The translations under genes were made by a program, and so were the position numbers. Positions 12,761 to 25,188 of a stretch of 64,000 bases of DNA are shown here, piece after piece (position 1 is the stretch's first letter; each line of letters begins with the position of its first letter). A model generated the notes under the pieces. The model did not search any database and was not told where the DNA came from. It saw only the letters and a program-made list of their open reading frames with translations. This stretch comes from Octopus bimaculoides (Eukaryota), in assembly GCF_001194135.2 (NCBI RefSeq), contig NC_068985.1:521231-585230 (forward strand), in the 5' to 3' direction.

Positions 12761-13674
12761 TATAGCAGCGCAGCACGTCACAATGATGGCAAATAGAAGC
12801 GTGGCAGCAACATCAACAACAACAAGAACAAGAAGAGGAGAGTGGTTGGATCTGTGGGTGGTTGAATGTGTGGGGTACTTGTTTTGTTAGTAGCGGTGGT
12901 GGGTGGGTGGGTGGTTAGGGTAGGGATGCTGATGCTATTCGCAGAGGTGATAACCACTAGTTTGTTCAAGGGATTTAGAAGTTGTAGCGATGGTAACCAT
13001 AGCCTTGCTGTTGTTGTTGTTGTTATCTGATGTTTGTTTCTTTAGACAACCCTAAATGAGTTGACCTATGATGGAAGACAGTCCACGCATGACGATTCCA
13101 TCGTTTATTTCATGCAATCTTTGTCCAATGTGTACTTTCCTTTATTAAATTATAGTGTGGTGGTGTGATGGAGTTTGGCTGCTATTTCTAGCTGGTCGAG
13201 CGCGTCATCTAACAACACTGTGGCTTTGAATAAAACTGACTTTAGACAACGGAACACAATCGCCCTTTTTTTTTGCTAGTAATCGCAGCTAAATTTACCA
13301 AAGTTACATTCTACTGTTTTTTTAAAAGATATTATCTAAAGTAAACCAAGGTATATTGTTTGATAAAATCAATATCGACGGGATGGTCATGGTTTGAAAT
13401 TTTTCTTTCTTTTTTTTTTATAGATTTGTCCAATCGTGACTGACCTGAGGCATTAGAAGTGCTTCTTGTAATGGTTACTGAGCTAGTATTGGTGGTGGTG
13501 GTGGTGGTGGTGGTATTTTTGAGATTTCAGAAAGTTGAAATAAATACAATTTCTATGTTGTTGGTGAGAGAGGGTGGATCTAGTGTGGCTTCTGCTGCTG
13601 TTGATGATGATGATGATCATGGTGATGGAGACCTCCCCCACCTGAAGTATGCGCGCGTGTGTCTGTACATGCTT

Positions 13675-13711
<37 letters not shown>

Positions 13712-13739
13712 TCGTACACTTGCATGAATCGTGATTGCA

Positions 13740-14250
13740 CACACACACAAACGCACACACAGAGTTGAGTGTTCTGCGTCCGCTTTCACCCATTCCTGTG
13801 AGCCAACATGCACGCGGGTTCGCGTGCGTGACACTGTAAGAACGACAGGCAACGTTGAAGATGTCGGTGTCTGTTACAAGTCAATGGGGCTGAGTGTGGC
13901 GGTGGCGGGGCTGGAAGATTCACTGGAGACGGTCAGTCAGTGAGAACTTGTAGCAGGCGTGTTCCACGCGCGCGCGCGCGCGCACACAGCGAATGAGAAA
14001 GGGCGGGGAGGGAGGAGGAGGAGGAGACAGTTAACCTTATGAGAAATATGACAAAATAATTGTTTCTTCTACAAGCAGGAAGCATGAGATGTTTAGAAAA
14101 GAGGAAACGTCAAGTTGAACGCTCACGCTTCTTCGCAAGAGCAAAAGCCGCCTAAGTGAAGTTAAATGTCTGCGAGCGTGTGTTGAAACCGGGGCCGTAA
14201 GAACGTATTAATCTCCGAAATTGACCCCCGAGGTTACAAAAATTCTGAGG
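13740..14250. promoter_or_regulatory. CpG-rich unique island with (CG)8 and a GC box; possible promoter or non-coding first exon
   Basis: Locally higher GC and CpG content; (CG)8 at 13967-13982; GGGCGGGG at 14001-14008; no transposon similarity recognised. Confidence 0.3.
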
Positions 14251-14379
14251 AGAAAGAATAATCGATTAAACCAATCACCAGTATATGACTGGGTTTTTTT
14301 TTTATACTATCGAACTCGGAAGTCTGAACAGTAAATCGATCGCAGCGAAGTTTGAACACAAAAGAGATCCATTATTATT

Positions 14380-15050
14380 TGGTGGGTAGGAGCGATGGCG
14401 TTCTCAAGGAACTCTAGACGTCGATGAGGGTGGTCTAGTTTGGAGGGCGTTTAGGCCGGTACTAATATGAATAACTTCCAGAAATCCCTGGCCTGGCACT
14501 GCCAGTTCGAGATAAACCCTACAGGTACGGTAGCGCCGTCAGGTGTTACTGCCGTGAAGCACGCAGAGCGACGAAACCATTCTGCGCGCGCACGCACAGT
14601 GTCCGAATATTGCTGACCTGTTGAGTTATGTGGAACAGCTGTTATCGCGTGTAGGACGATTCCGACTCTCGGCTGAATCAATCATGCGCATCGCCACCAC
14701 CCACCTTTAACAAGGCAGAGCAGCTGGGTTTCCTCTGCTAAGAGGCTATGGCGAAAGGGGCTGTGTGATAGAGGAAGCTGAAATGATTGAGAGAAAGATG
14801 CCTTCCTCTTCGGTCAAACTCTCATCGCCTTTTTTAAAGTTCCACTTGGCAAGGAAAGCGAGGATGGAGAGAGAAGCGAATTTATGAAAAGACGGGTGAC
14901 TGGCAAAAATGGTTAGAATGAATGGACCTACTTTAGATATGTACCTGCAGATTGGAGAACACGAGAAATGACTTGTACCTTTGGTAGTCAAAGAAATCCT
15001 GGATCTGTGGTGTTACTTGTTTGGCCCTAGCTGGAGTTTCTTCAGTCTCA
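14380..15050 (+). mobile_element. Tx1/L1-clade LINE 3' fragment (zf-RVT region), decayed
   Basis: ALPVRDKPYRYG...AQSDETIL..HAQCPNIADLLSYVEQLLSRVGRFRLSAES matches ORF 55826-56110 (LPVRDKLHRHG...AQSDETVLHALVQCPGIADLWGYVEQLLSRVGRIRLSDES). Confidence 0.85.
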
Positions 15051-15249
15051 GGAGGACTGCATCATTCATGTCATCACACACTTTGTATTCTATGGATATT
15101 CATCTCCTTTCAACTACTTTGCCATTTCTTTCTCTCCATTCTTTATGTAAGTCCCCACACAAACCGTTGCCTGTCCTTGTGATGTACCCTTCATCTCAGC
15201 CTCTGGGACTAATAAAAGCAATTCTTCTTCTTCTTCTTGAGCATTGCTG

Positions 15250-15791
15250 ACTTGAACGGATCTGTCTGTCGACCGGGTCTGTAGTGATGATCGCCCCACT
15301 GCACTTCTTCAGTCGGCCGGGCAAGGGCAGTTTTAATTTGCCTGGTGGCTGTGGCGAAAGAAGTTATTTGGTGGACAAGGCTGAAAGGCTTGGGAAAGGA
15401 AATGGAGAATGACGAGTGAAGTGCTGTCCTCGGGTGGGTTTATTGAAAGGTGGGTCGGAGAGAAAGAACTGGAGAGGGCACTTGTTCCTGGGGTTTCAGG
15501 GACAATGGGGTTCCTCGATTATCCCTAGAAGCCTTCCTGTATCAGGAGGGCCACATCTCTATCATCCTCCCTGCCACAGTTTTATTATTTAAAAAAAGAT
15601 TTTTTTTTAACCTTTCTATGTTCGGCATATGTCCCCTTCTTTTTCAGTGTGCACTTTCTTTCTTGCCCTCTTTTTATATGAATATATTTTTTATCATTTC
15701 ATTCTACGTAAACCCCAACACTTTATGTCTGTCTTTATATTGTCCCCCTCCTCCTTTGCCCATGTGGAAAATAAATCATTATTATTATTAT

Positions 15792-15856
<65 letters not shown>

Positions 15857-15860
15857 TAAT
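15250..15860 (+). mobile_element. Second Tx1-like LINE 3' end with 3' UTR, AATAAA and (ATT)n/(ACT)n tail
   Basis: GATTATCCCTAGAAGCCTTCCTGTATCAGGAGGGCCACATCTCTATCATCCTCCC matches the reverse complement of about 55505-55565; ends AAATAAATCATTATTATT. Confidence 0.85.
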
Positions 15861-15879
15861 AAGGAAGCAAGCTAGCAAG

Positions 15880-16095
15880 GTGGCAAGCTAGGAGAATCGT
15901 TAGGGGGCCGGGCGAAGTGCTTAGCGGTATTTCGTCCGTCTTTACGTTCTTAGTTCAAATTCCGCCCAGGTCGACTTTACATGTCATCCTTTCGGGATCG
16001 ATAAATTAAGTACCAGAGAAACACTTGGGTCAATTTAATCGACTAGTCCACTCTCCACAAATTTCAGGCCTTGTGCCTTTAGTAGAAAGGATTAT
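15880..16095 (+). mobile_element. tRNA-derived SINE family A
   Basis: A-box/B-box-like head (GTGGCAAGCTAGG...GTTCAAATTCC) and body GGTCGACTT...CATCCTTTCGGG(A/G)TCGATAAATTAAGTACC shared with several other copies in the window. Confidence 0.85.
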
Positions 16096-16159
16096 TGTTA
16101 TTATTATTGGGGCGTCCACAGACGATCTAGATGAGATATTATTATTATTATCATTATTA

Positions 16160-16350
16160 TTTTCATTGCCTTTGCACAGCTTCTAACACTGGAGATGTAC
16201 TACAGCGTCAGCTGTTCACAATCAGTGAACTAAGGTAACATCTCTTATTTTTCGAGCACCATCCGGAGTATTCGAGCGGTTCCAAGCAGTGCTGTTTTCT
16301 GCAATTGCTCCACCCTTATTGCAGCCCCTATTAGTTCCACATACTTCTCG
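16160..16350 (-). mobile_element. R4/Dong-like (RLE-type) LINE, extreme 3' end, inside a (TAA)n microsatellite
   Basis: Reverse complement closely matches 52245-52450 (KNLEKY.ELIGAAIRVEQLQKTALLGTARIL); (TTA)n on both flanks. Confidence 0.8.
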
Positions 16351-16366
16351 AGATTTTTGCCCACTG

Positions 16367-16397
<31 letters not shown>

Positions 16398-16464
16398 CCG
16401 TGTGACATTAATGGTATGAGTAATTTAGTTTCAGCCAGGTATCGAAACAGAGGGGAAGATTCAT

Positions 16465-16770
16465 TGCCTAACGTTGTCACCTATTAGCAGTATAAGTAGG
16501 ATTTCCTTTTTTCAACCCAAATATCGATAATAACAGCCGATTATCAGACTGTAGCCGAAATCTTCTACCGTGCAAAAATCTGTGAAATTTTTTCGCTTGA
16601 GTTTCTTTCTCGATTTGACTAAATTTTTTCTGCTGATATCGGAGAACGTGAGGCACGAACCACCGCCTCCATGTTGCCATCTTTTTATTTATGTAGCTCC
16701 TATTCCGTACTTAGAAGCGTCTGACGCTTCAACAATCTCCGCCGCAGGATCGAAGTGAACTAACGATAAA
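16465..16770 (-). mobile_element. Ty3/Gypsy LTR retrotransposon pol fragment (RNase H)
   Basis: HFDPAAEIVEASDASKYGIGA and FSQIEKE...KKFHRFLHGRRFRLQSDNRLLLSIFGLKKGNPTYTANR match Gypsy RNase H motifs (DAS; SQIEKE; TDHKPL-like). Confidence 0.85.
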
Positions 16771-18653
16771 TCAGATATTAATGTATTTTTTTTAAAATTT
16801 CATCAAACGCTTTTTGCCAATTTTCTGACCAATTTTTTTCCTATCCTTTTTCAGCAATTTATTCGGTGGAGCCTTAACCTTATGCATATTTGGGGTATAA
16901 TTCTGGTAATAATTATACACACGCACACACACACACACACACACATACATATATATATATGTGTGTACATACACATATATACATACATATATATGTGTGC
17001 GTACATACACATATACATACATACATATATGTGTGCGTACATACACATATACATACATACATACATACGTACTTACATGCATACATACATACATACATAC
17101 ATACATACATACATACACATATATATATATATATATACATACATACATATACCTATACATATNNNNNNNNNNNNNNNNNNNNNNNNNNNNNNNNNNNNNN
17201 NNNNNNNNNNNNNNNNNNNNNNNNNNNNNNNNNNNNNNNNNNNNNNNNNNNNNNNNNNNNNNNNNNNNNNNNNNNNNNNNNNNNNNNNNNNNNNNNNNNN
17301 NNNNNNNNNNNNNNNNNNNNNNNNNNNNNNNNNNNNNNNNNNNNNNNNNNNNNTATATATATATATATATATATATATGCACGTACATACATACATACAT
17401 GTGTGTGTATAATGCACAATATATGGATTTATCTAATCTGGTGGTATTCACGAAAAGAAAATAAGCTCCTTTAGTGGACCAGGCTGCAAATCACATCGGG
17501 AATTAATACGTAGGAGTGTAATGTAGATTATTTGATAGGGAGTATAAAGAATATTTAAAAAGTCAGGAGTTGTGAGATGGATATATTCATAGAGTCCATT
17601 TTAAAAATATATACCCAGTTCTCTTATACGATTATTTTGTATCTTTCTAAACACTCTTAAATTAGTTCATCTCACCGTTTCCCCTTCTCATAATTTTCAC
17701 CATATTTTGTTCTGTTTTTACTTCATCTAGCTCAGTCTACTCCGACCTGACAGTTCTAGTTTTCTTCCTCTCTCTCTCTCATTCTTGTTTAACTTCTACT
17801 TTATTTCTCGTTTTGTTGATATTACTCTCTATATTTCTAGAAAATATATATTAGCGACAGAGGCAGTATTAACACCGGGAGGTAATACTTTCTCTCGCCT
17901 AAACGTGGATGTTTGGTTAGAATAAACTCTATTGCGATAGATACCATGAGAGAGATTCTCTCATACTGGCTTTTGGCGCAAAATGCACGCTTGTTTTTAT
18001 CGCTAGCAGGGAGATTAACCCCCGCCAAATCCAACTTCGAGACTACCAGATTATGTGATTTCGACCTTCTTTGGTCTCATCGACCGCTAGAGATAACAGT
18101 ATCTCATCTCTCCGTTATCCATAAACACCATATCTGCAAACTTCTCTCTCATTCATTTATACCTCAACTTTCTTTTCTCTCTCTATTATTAATACTTCTG
18201 TTATTAACTCACCTCTCTCTCTCTCTCTCTTTCTCCATCACCACTATTCATTGTTTCCTTTTAAATATCTTACTAAATCTCCTTTCCTCCCCTCTACAAT
18301 AATTTCTTTTGGGCATTATTGTTTTCCATACACAAACATCTTGAAGATGATTTTTTTTTTGTCCTTGTATACTGGAGTTGAAAAATTGATGTAACCATGA
18401 TATTCTATTGATTTGAAGAGCCAGCCTTTTATAACTGCATTCGTTTGCAAAATATACAATAGTACTATGCAATTCATAGCATGCATACAAGTGCAGACAT
18501 GTAAAATGACTTATTATGCACGAAAATAAATTATTTTTGTAGGATCTTGCTTCGAAACGGCCGTCATCCTACAGATATCAACTGATGAACAAAATATATT
18601 CATCTCATATCTCCTGACTTTCTTTATATAAACACACACACACACACACACAC

Positions 18654-19361
18654 ATGGGGGAGTGTCAAAAATTATACGCACATTACTTTTTATAATGTAT
18701 TTACACAAAAGCAGCAGATAAACAAGTACGTCAATATAATCTCCTTCCTTTTCAATGCATTTGGTCCAGCGGTCCACAAGCTTGCATATTCCCTCCAAGA
18801 AGAAGGTTTTCGGTTGGTCGTGCAACCATTTATGCACCGCTTCCTTCACATCTTTGTAGGAAACTGACAACCTCGTAAACCAGCTTTGAGCGGTCCAAAG
18901 ATATGATGATGGTCAGAAGGGGTGAGATCTGGGCTGTAGAACGGGTGTTCCAACATCTCAAAACCCAATTAGTTAATGGTTTCAACGGTCTGGGCTGCCG
19001 TGTGTGGGCGTGCATTTTCATGCACCAACAAAACTTTCTTCGACGATAGGCTTCGGCGTTTGGTGCCGATTGCTTCCGTTCGTTTCGTTGGCCAGCAACG
19101 CACTGTAACTTGCATTGTCGATCGTACACCTTTTTTCCAGAGAAATCGGATCACAGCTTTGTATTCTTCTTTGATGCACATTGCTAATGGAGCGGTCATG
19201 CTTACATTGTAAAGCCAGAAAGAAATATATGGCACAATTAGACACAAACTTCGATCATGTGACCACAACAGTACCACCTACAGGCCCGCATATGTAGAAG
19301 GTAGTGTAACAACAATAGTTATGTTATGGTGAAAGAGCGGATAATTTTTGACTTCCCCTCG
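18654..19361 (-). mobile_element. Internally deleted mariner transposon
   Basis: TIRs TACGAGGGGAAGTCAAAAATTATCCGC (right, reverse complement) and GGGGGAGTGTCAAAAATTATACGC (left). Frameshifted transposase pieces: KAVIRFLWKKG, VLLVHENARPHTA, HPFYSPDLTPSD..IFGPLK, KLVDRWTKCIEKEGDY. Confidence 0.9.
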
Positions 19362-20169
19362 TATATATNNNNNNNNNNNNNNNNNNNNNNNNNNNNNNNN
19401 NNNNNNNNNNNNNNNNNNNNNNNNNNNNNNNNNNNNNNNNNNNNNNNNNNNNNNNNNNNNNNNNNNNNNNNNNNNNNNNNNNNNNNNNNNNNNNNNNNNN
19501 NNNNNNNNNNNNNNNNNNNNNNNNNNNNNNNNNNNNNNNNNNNNNNNNNNNNNNNNNNNNNNNNNNNNNNNNNNNNNNNNNNNNNNNNNNNNNNNNNNNN
19601 NNNNNNNNNNNNNNNNNNNNNNNNNNNNNNNNNNNNNNNNNNNNNNNNNNNNNNNNNNNNNNNNNNNNNNNNNNNNNNNNNNNNNNNNNNNNNNNNNNNN
19701 NNNNNNNNNNNNNNNNNNNNNNNNNNNNNNNNNNNNNNNNNNNNNATACATATATATATATATATATAACACACACACATATATATATATATACACACAC
19801 ATATATATATATATACACACACATACATATATATAACACACACATATATATATATAACACACACACACACACACATATATAACACACACACACACACATA
19901 TATATATATAACACACACATATAACACACACACACACACACGCACATATATATATTTCCTGTTGACGAAAATAAATTGTGTTGCAGTGAATTTATGTGTT
20001 GGGATCCTGAATAGTGTAGGGGACATATGGTACCTGGTCTTAGTCTTAGATGAATTCTGAAACTAACGTCAAGCTCATTTGGGCAATGCTGGTGGTATAT
20101 TATCCACATTGTGCAAAGAGTGTAGCACTCACGGCAGCCCTGCAGAGAATAAATTTGCAATGTTTTAAG

Positions 20170-20440
20170 GCGGTCCCAATAATCTAGATATCACCCACAT
20201 CATAAGCAGTTGTCAGAATATGTTATCGCGGTATTATCTACTGATGAGACATGATTTTGTAGCTTGGACATGTTATAACGAGATCTGTCAGAAGGATAAG
20301 CCCGAGGACAAAGAAATAAGAACCCACAGTATAGTGGAAGCCATAGCCTCTTCATAATAAAAAGGAATACCGGTGGAAGGCCCCAGTGAAGACCTCAATA
20401 ACATGTAGACACAACAGACCTAGTGTTAATTCTTGAGGCT
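20170..20440 (+). mobile_element. RLE-type (R2/R4-group) LINE C-terminal fragment (zinc-knuckle to endonuclease region)
   Basis: Translates DITHIISSCQNMLSRYYLLMRHDFVAWTCYNEICQK, then EYRWKAPVKTSITCRHNRP, resembling the 'HIISSC...RHD' and 'RPD' motifs. Confidence 0.6.
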
Positions 20441-20590
20441 TCGGAGTACTTTTGACTCCTCTTTTTAGCAAAGCTTGTGCTTCATAGCGCGCTTGTTATA
20501 TATAATAACTCTTATATATTATCTATTAATTTTGCCTATGTGCTTTTAAGCTTGCAGCCTCTAACATTATTATCTCTCATGAATATTAAT

Positions 20591-20635
<45 letters not shown>

Positions 20636-20645
20636 NNNNNNNNNN

Positions 20646-20689
<44 letters not shown>

Positions 20690-20701
20690 GACCTCCTACC
20701 T

Positions 20702-21232
20702 GCGAATTTTTTTCCCCACGAGAGTTCTGAACCCCAATGATGAACCATTTGCATACAGCCAATCAGAGCTCATCTTGACCTTGCCGTCAAGTTAACAAAT
20801 ACACTCAACCAAGTAAGCTCAAAACGAAGAACGGTGTTGTAAGTCGACTGATCGTCAAGTTTATGCCTGATTTTAGAAGGAGACAAGTAATTAGATAGAT
20901 TTTCGGATTTTGTTAGGGCCCCATATGGTAAAGATGTGGTTGGGAAAAATGTGGGTAGAGGGTGATGTGCTAGCAACCTTCTCCCCTTACTGCTTTACAA
21001 AGTAAACAACACAAATAACAATGCAGAGGCAGCCATGGTTGAAACAAGAACAAGAACAACAAGCATTATTAACAGAGAAAAGAATGGTCATTCCTTACCC
21101 AAGTAACCTTATCTTATCGCCCATCACTTGTTATGCTTTCATAAATTAGTTTGATAGTTGAGCTCTGATTGGCTGTATGCAAATGAGTTCATAACTGGGG
21201 TCCGGAACTCTCGTGAGGAAAAAAAATTTCGC
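20702..21232. mobile_element. Element bounded by roughly 70-bp inverted repeats (unclassified MITE-like or foldback element)
   Basis: 20702-20772 (GCGAATTTTTTTCCCCACGAGAGTTCTGAACCCCAATGATGAACCATTTGCATACAGCCAATCAGAGCTCA) is the near reverse complement of 21159-21232. Confidence 0.7.
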
Positions 21233-21601
21233 CTCCTGCCCAGCTTCCAGTACGGTACATTACACTTTCCATAATGCAAGAGCTACAAGAGACCAACGTC
21301 CTACTTGTCATCACTTCTAATAACACTCAGTCTTACAGGCCACCGTAACGTTAATTGGAGGGTCTGCAAAAGTTGGCCCCACGTTGTTCTTTCTCCTAGA
21401 CCTAGCACTAATCGCGCGTGCGTGCGTGTATGCGTGTGTGTGTGTGTGTGTGTGAGTGTGTGTGTGAGTGCACACGTGTTCGTGTGCAGGCACGCGCGGG
21501 AAATGGGATTTTGTAGAGCTTCCATATTCTAAGGTCTACTGCAAAAATATTGGCCAGCCTGATACTGTAGTAGCTGCCATTTACCTATGAACTGTGGAGC
21601 G

Positions 21602-21955
21602 CAGGGGTTCTCATCCACATTTTTTTTTATCTATAGACTCCTTTGATAATTATTTTATTTTGGTGGACCTCCATAGTCATTCGATGTTTAAAACCCAGTT
21701 TTATAGAAACTTCTTTCGAAATTCCTATTTTGTTTTTCACACATAGTGTAAGACGAACTTTGTAAAATGTTAAAGAAACCCAGCTGTTTCTTGCAATACG
21801 TACATTTAGAGCAATTTTTTTCAGGGACCCTTAAAATACTATTGTGGATACCCAATTTACCATTTTGTTGCGTGGACCCCCCCACCACCACCACCCCAAA
21901 AAATCTTATATGGACTCTTAGGGGGCCATTATGGACCCCCGGTTGAGAACCACTG
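21602..21955. mobile_element. hAT (Charlie-like) MITE
   Basis: TIRs CAGGGGTTCTCA and (reverse complement) CAGTGGTTCTCAACC; degenerate 8-bp TSD GTGGAGCG / GTGTAGTG. Confidence 0.8.
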
Positions 21956-22857
21956 GTGTAGTGGTATGGCCCTGAAACGACGTACAATGTAATGATCTTT
22001 CTTTCTTGCAACAGAAAGATAAAGCGGTTACCCCATACCGGATAATATACTATTCCACTTGGAAAAATAAAATGTTGCGTCAACTTGGATAGATTTGAAC
22101 TGTGTTTTGAGAAAGGAAATAAAGGTTGGCACAAGGGTACAATTTTGGTGGAAATGAGGGAGTCGGTTAACATTATACTCACTGCATTCCTGATAATAAT
22201 TTCAATGAAATCCGAGCAAGGAAAGCTAAACCGAGAACATAAAGAGTCACAACTAAATATTGATTTCTAAGTTTGGCACCGAGCCACAGATATTGGTGTT
22301 GGAGTGAAACTACTTCAATCAACACCAGGACTTATTTCGTACACTTCACAAAATTGGGTGGGAATTCAGAACATGGAAGAGCATAATTTTATAGTGATCT
22401 CTTTCATTGGGACTAGACGAAAACTTTGTTGGGGAACAGTTGCAAAATGATTGCATCTACCTTAAACGCTTTTTATATCGATTCAACGGAGAAAATGAAA
22501 AACTCGACGACTACAGTTTCAACTTAGAGAATAAGAGGTGCAGGACTATTTACCATAAGTAAATGTATACTTCTTTATATAGTTATTGTATGGTCGATAT
22601 AAATGTATGCGTTGTGACCCGATAAAGCAGCAGCTTTTGGTAGGGAATCGAGTCTAGTTACTGGAGCAAGTTCATCAATCAGGACGAGACTGGAAGCAAT
22701 TTGACTCTTGCAGAATTTGAATCCTTTTAGGATTTGAAATGGCGAGTCTCTAAATATAAATTTAAAGCATCATTATTGAGTTCTTTACTGATAACATCAT
22801 TATCAACATCACATTCCTCTTATTAGGTAATCACAGAGAAAATCAATAGTTTGTCAG

Positions 22858-22888
<31 letters not shown>

Positions 22889-22889
22889 C

Positions 22890-23270
22890 AGAATGGGACA
22901 AGGACGCAAAACATCCAGACAGTTAGGTGATACACGAAAGGGACAAACCATCCAGACAGACGATACAAAGAAAACACGGACGGGTCATTCGGAGTTTTCT
23001 TTCTTCAGTCGAGATCCAGGTTATCCTTGCAATTTCGGCTGGTTATTCTCGATATTGCTCCAGCCTAGCCAGTCCCAAGGAAAAACTAAGCTAAAAGCAT
23101 TAGATTCCTTGGAAGAAAGCAGCGAATGTATACAAAAACAAGGACGGAAAAAAAACGAACAATGTTACACAGGAATATACTGGCAAATGATAAATGTTGC
23201 AACGCACTGCAACGGCGCATGCCCGCCCTCACATCTGACTTGGTTGTTTATTTGCAGACTAAAAGCTTCA
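22890..23270. repeat. Unclassified interspersed-repeat-like segment following (TA)n
   Basis: Internal duplication of ACATCCAGACAG..GATAC / CCATCCAGACAGACGATAC; TE-like composition; class not determined. Confidence 0.35.
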
Positions 23271-24090
23271 CATGAAAACGTTCTTTTGTTTTTCTAAACA
23301 AATCTCAGTGGCTCAAGAAATGGGAAAGGACCCTAGTCGAAATGAGCATGGTGTCTAAAAATGGTTTTATCGGGGATTCACTCACTCTAACCACAGAGAA
23401 GACGTCACTGTACATTGAAGAGATCCAGTATCTGAAGACGAGATCGAAACTGACTGCTTTCAGAACAGTTGCTAAGCCACGATGGTCCAACCCTGTCGAA
23501 AGCTTTTGATTGATCCAAGTTAATCCAATAAAGTCAAGTTTACAACCTATCGAATTACCTCTTCTAATGTAATCCTTAATTCCCCCTCTAATCTATTTTC
23601 CCCTCTCGCTATTTCTCTACTAAACCTTACTGATTCTACAATAGTCGCCCTCTTCAGAGTACTCTACCTGCAAGTTTTAACAATTCTCCCTGTCCACTCA
23701 CTGCAGCTTTACGTTGTTCCCCGACTAAGAATCCTATCGAAACCCACTGGACACATTGAAAATTAACGGTGTGTATAGGCGAACAGTTTAAAACGTAATA
23801 ATTATAACTTACAAATATAAAAATAATATTGATAACCTATAAGAAAAACAGAGTCGCATGACCAGACAATCTTTCGAGTTTGGTCGAGTGATTCAATCGA
23901 TGTGTTTTACTTTCTCTACCAGTCATGTATTTATTTTATCGATTCCGGTTGGACGAAAGATAACATTTAACTTGGTTGTATATGAACTCAAAGATAAATT
24001 TCAAATGAAGCAAATGGATTAGATACATAAGTTTAAAAGAGCTGACTGATAAGACAACCTTAAATTAGCTTTTTGTATGGACTTCTTAAA

Positions 24091-24165
<75 letters not shown>

Positions 24166-24295
24166 NNNNNNNNNNACTACTTGAACGGACCATAATACCA
24201 CAAAACTTGACTTAAAAAGGATTTAGATAATCCTATCAGGCGGTGCTATTAAGTTAGACCTGGCCTGGATCAATCTTTGGAAGAAACATATCTAA

Positions 24296-24341
<46 letters not shown>

Positions 24342-24443
24342 TTCCTGTGTCCCTGTCTCTCTCCGCTCCTTTGCATAAACGCATTCACGTTGATTCCGTG
24401 ATACACGTAAATAGTCTTACACACACACAGAAGATATTATATA

Positions 24444-24687
24444 CAGTAATACCTCGCCATATCGCGGTTCATCTATCGCGGTTCACCTACCGTGGTTCAC
24501 CTATCACGGTTTATTAATTAAGCTTACATCGATTCCTCTGCGGTGTTGTTTTGCATTTATAATAAAATAAATATATACAAATTACCAAAATAAAAAAAAA
24601 AAATACAGTACTGTTTCTACTTCATAGATTTTCACCAATCGCGGCGGTTTTTGGAACGTAACACCCGCAATAGAAGAGAGCTTACTG
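24444..24687. mobile_element. pogo/Tigger-like MITE with TA TSD
   Basis: TA-CAGTAATACCTCGCCATATCGCGG ... (reverse complement) TA-CAGTAAGCTCTCTTCTATTGCGG; internal 14-bp repeats of ATCGCGGTTCACCT. Confidence 0.8.
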
Positions 24688-25110
24688 TATATAACAAGCA
24701 AGAGAAAAAGAGAGAGACAGTGAGGGAGGGAGAAAGAGAGAGAGAGATAATGAGTGAGATAATGAGTGAGAGAGAGAGATAATGAGAGAGAAAGAGAGAG
24801 ATAATGAGAGAGAGAGAGTGAAAGAATGAGAGAGTGAGAGAGAGATTGATGATGAACTCCACACCAAGATTCCTTAATTATTCCGAATGTAGCAGTGACG
24901 CCAATACTTCCTTCTCTGTACAGCGTCACCTAGCAACGTCCAACATGGATTCCATCCAAATCACTTTCTACACCGTCTTAGACACAGAGATGGAGAATTT
25001 GAGAGAGAGAGAAGACAGACTTTTGCTTTTTATCTCACTGACTTCTTCGGAATAGTCAAAGATTACATTTTCTTTTCCTTCCTTAAAAATAAACAAATAC
25101 CTTTACCTAG

Positions 25111-25188
<78 letters not shown>

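Noticed and set aside
13642-13677. Hairpin CTGAAGTATG...CATGCTTCAG as a possible miRNA
   Set aside because: The 10-bp stem is too short for a pre-miRNA and is embedded in CA/TG repeats.
13731-13943. 70-aa plus-strand ORF in the GC-rich island
   Set aside because: It starts in a CA repeat and has no domain resemblance or clear splice signals.
14451-14681. 76-aa minus-strand ORF with complex composition
   Set aside because: It is antisense to the Tx1 zf-RVT fragment.
22985-23015. Minus-strand CTGAAGA...CTCC-GAAT, hammerhead-like
   Set aside because: GAAT instead of GAAA, weak stem II and no stem I pairing.
23425-23470. CTGAAGA-CGAGATC-GAAA
   Set aside because: Stem II would have a 2-nt loop, and there is no NUH site with a stem I partner.
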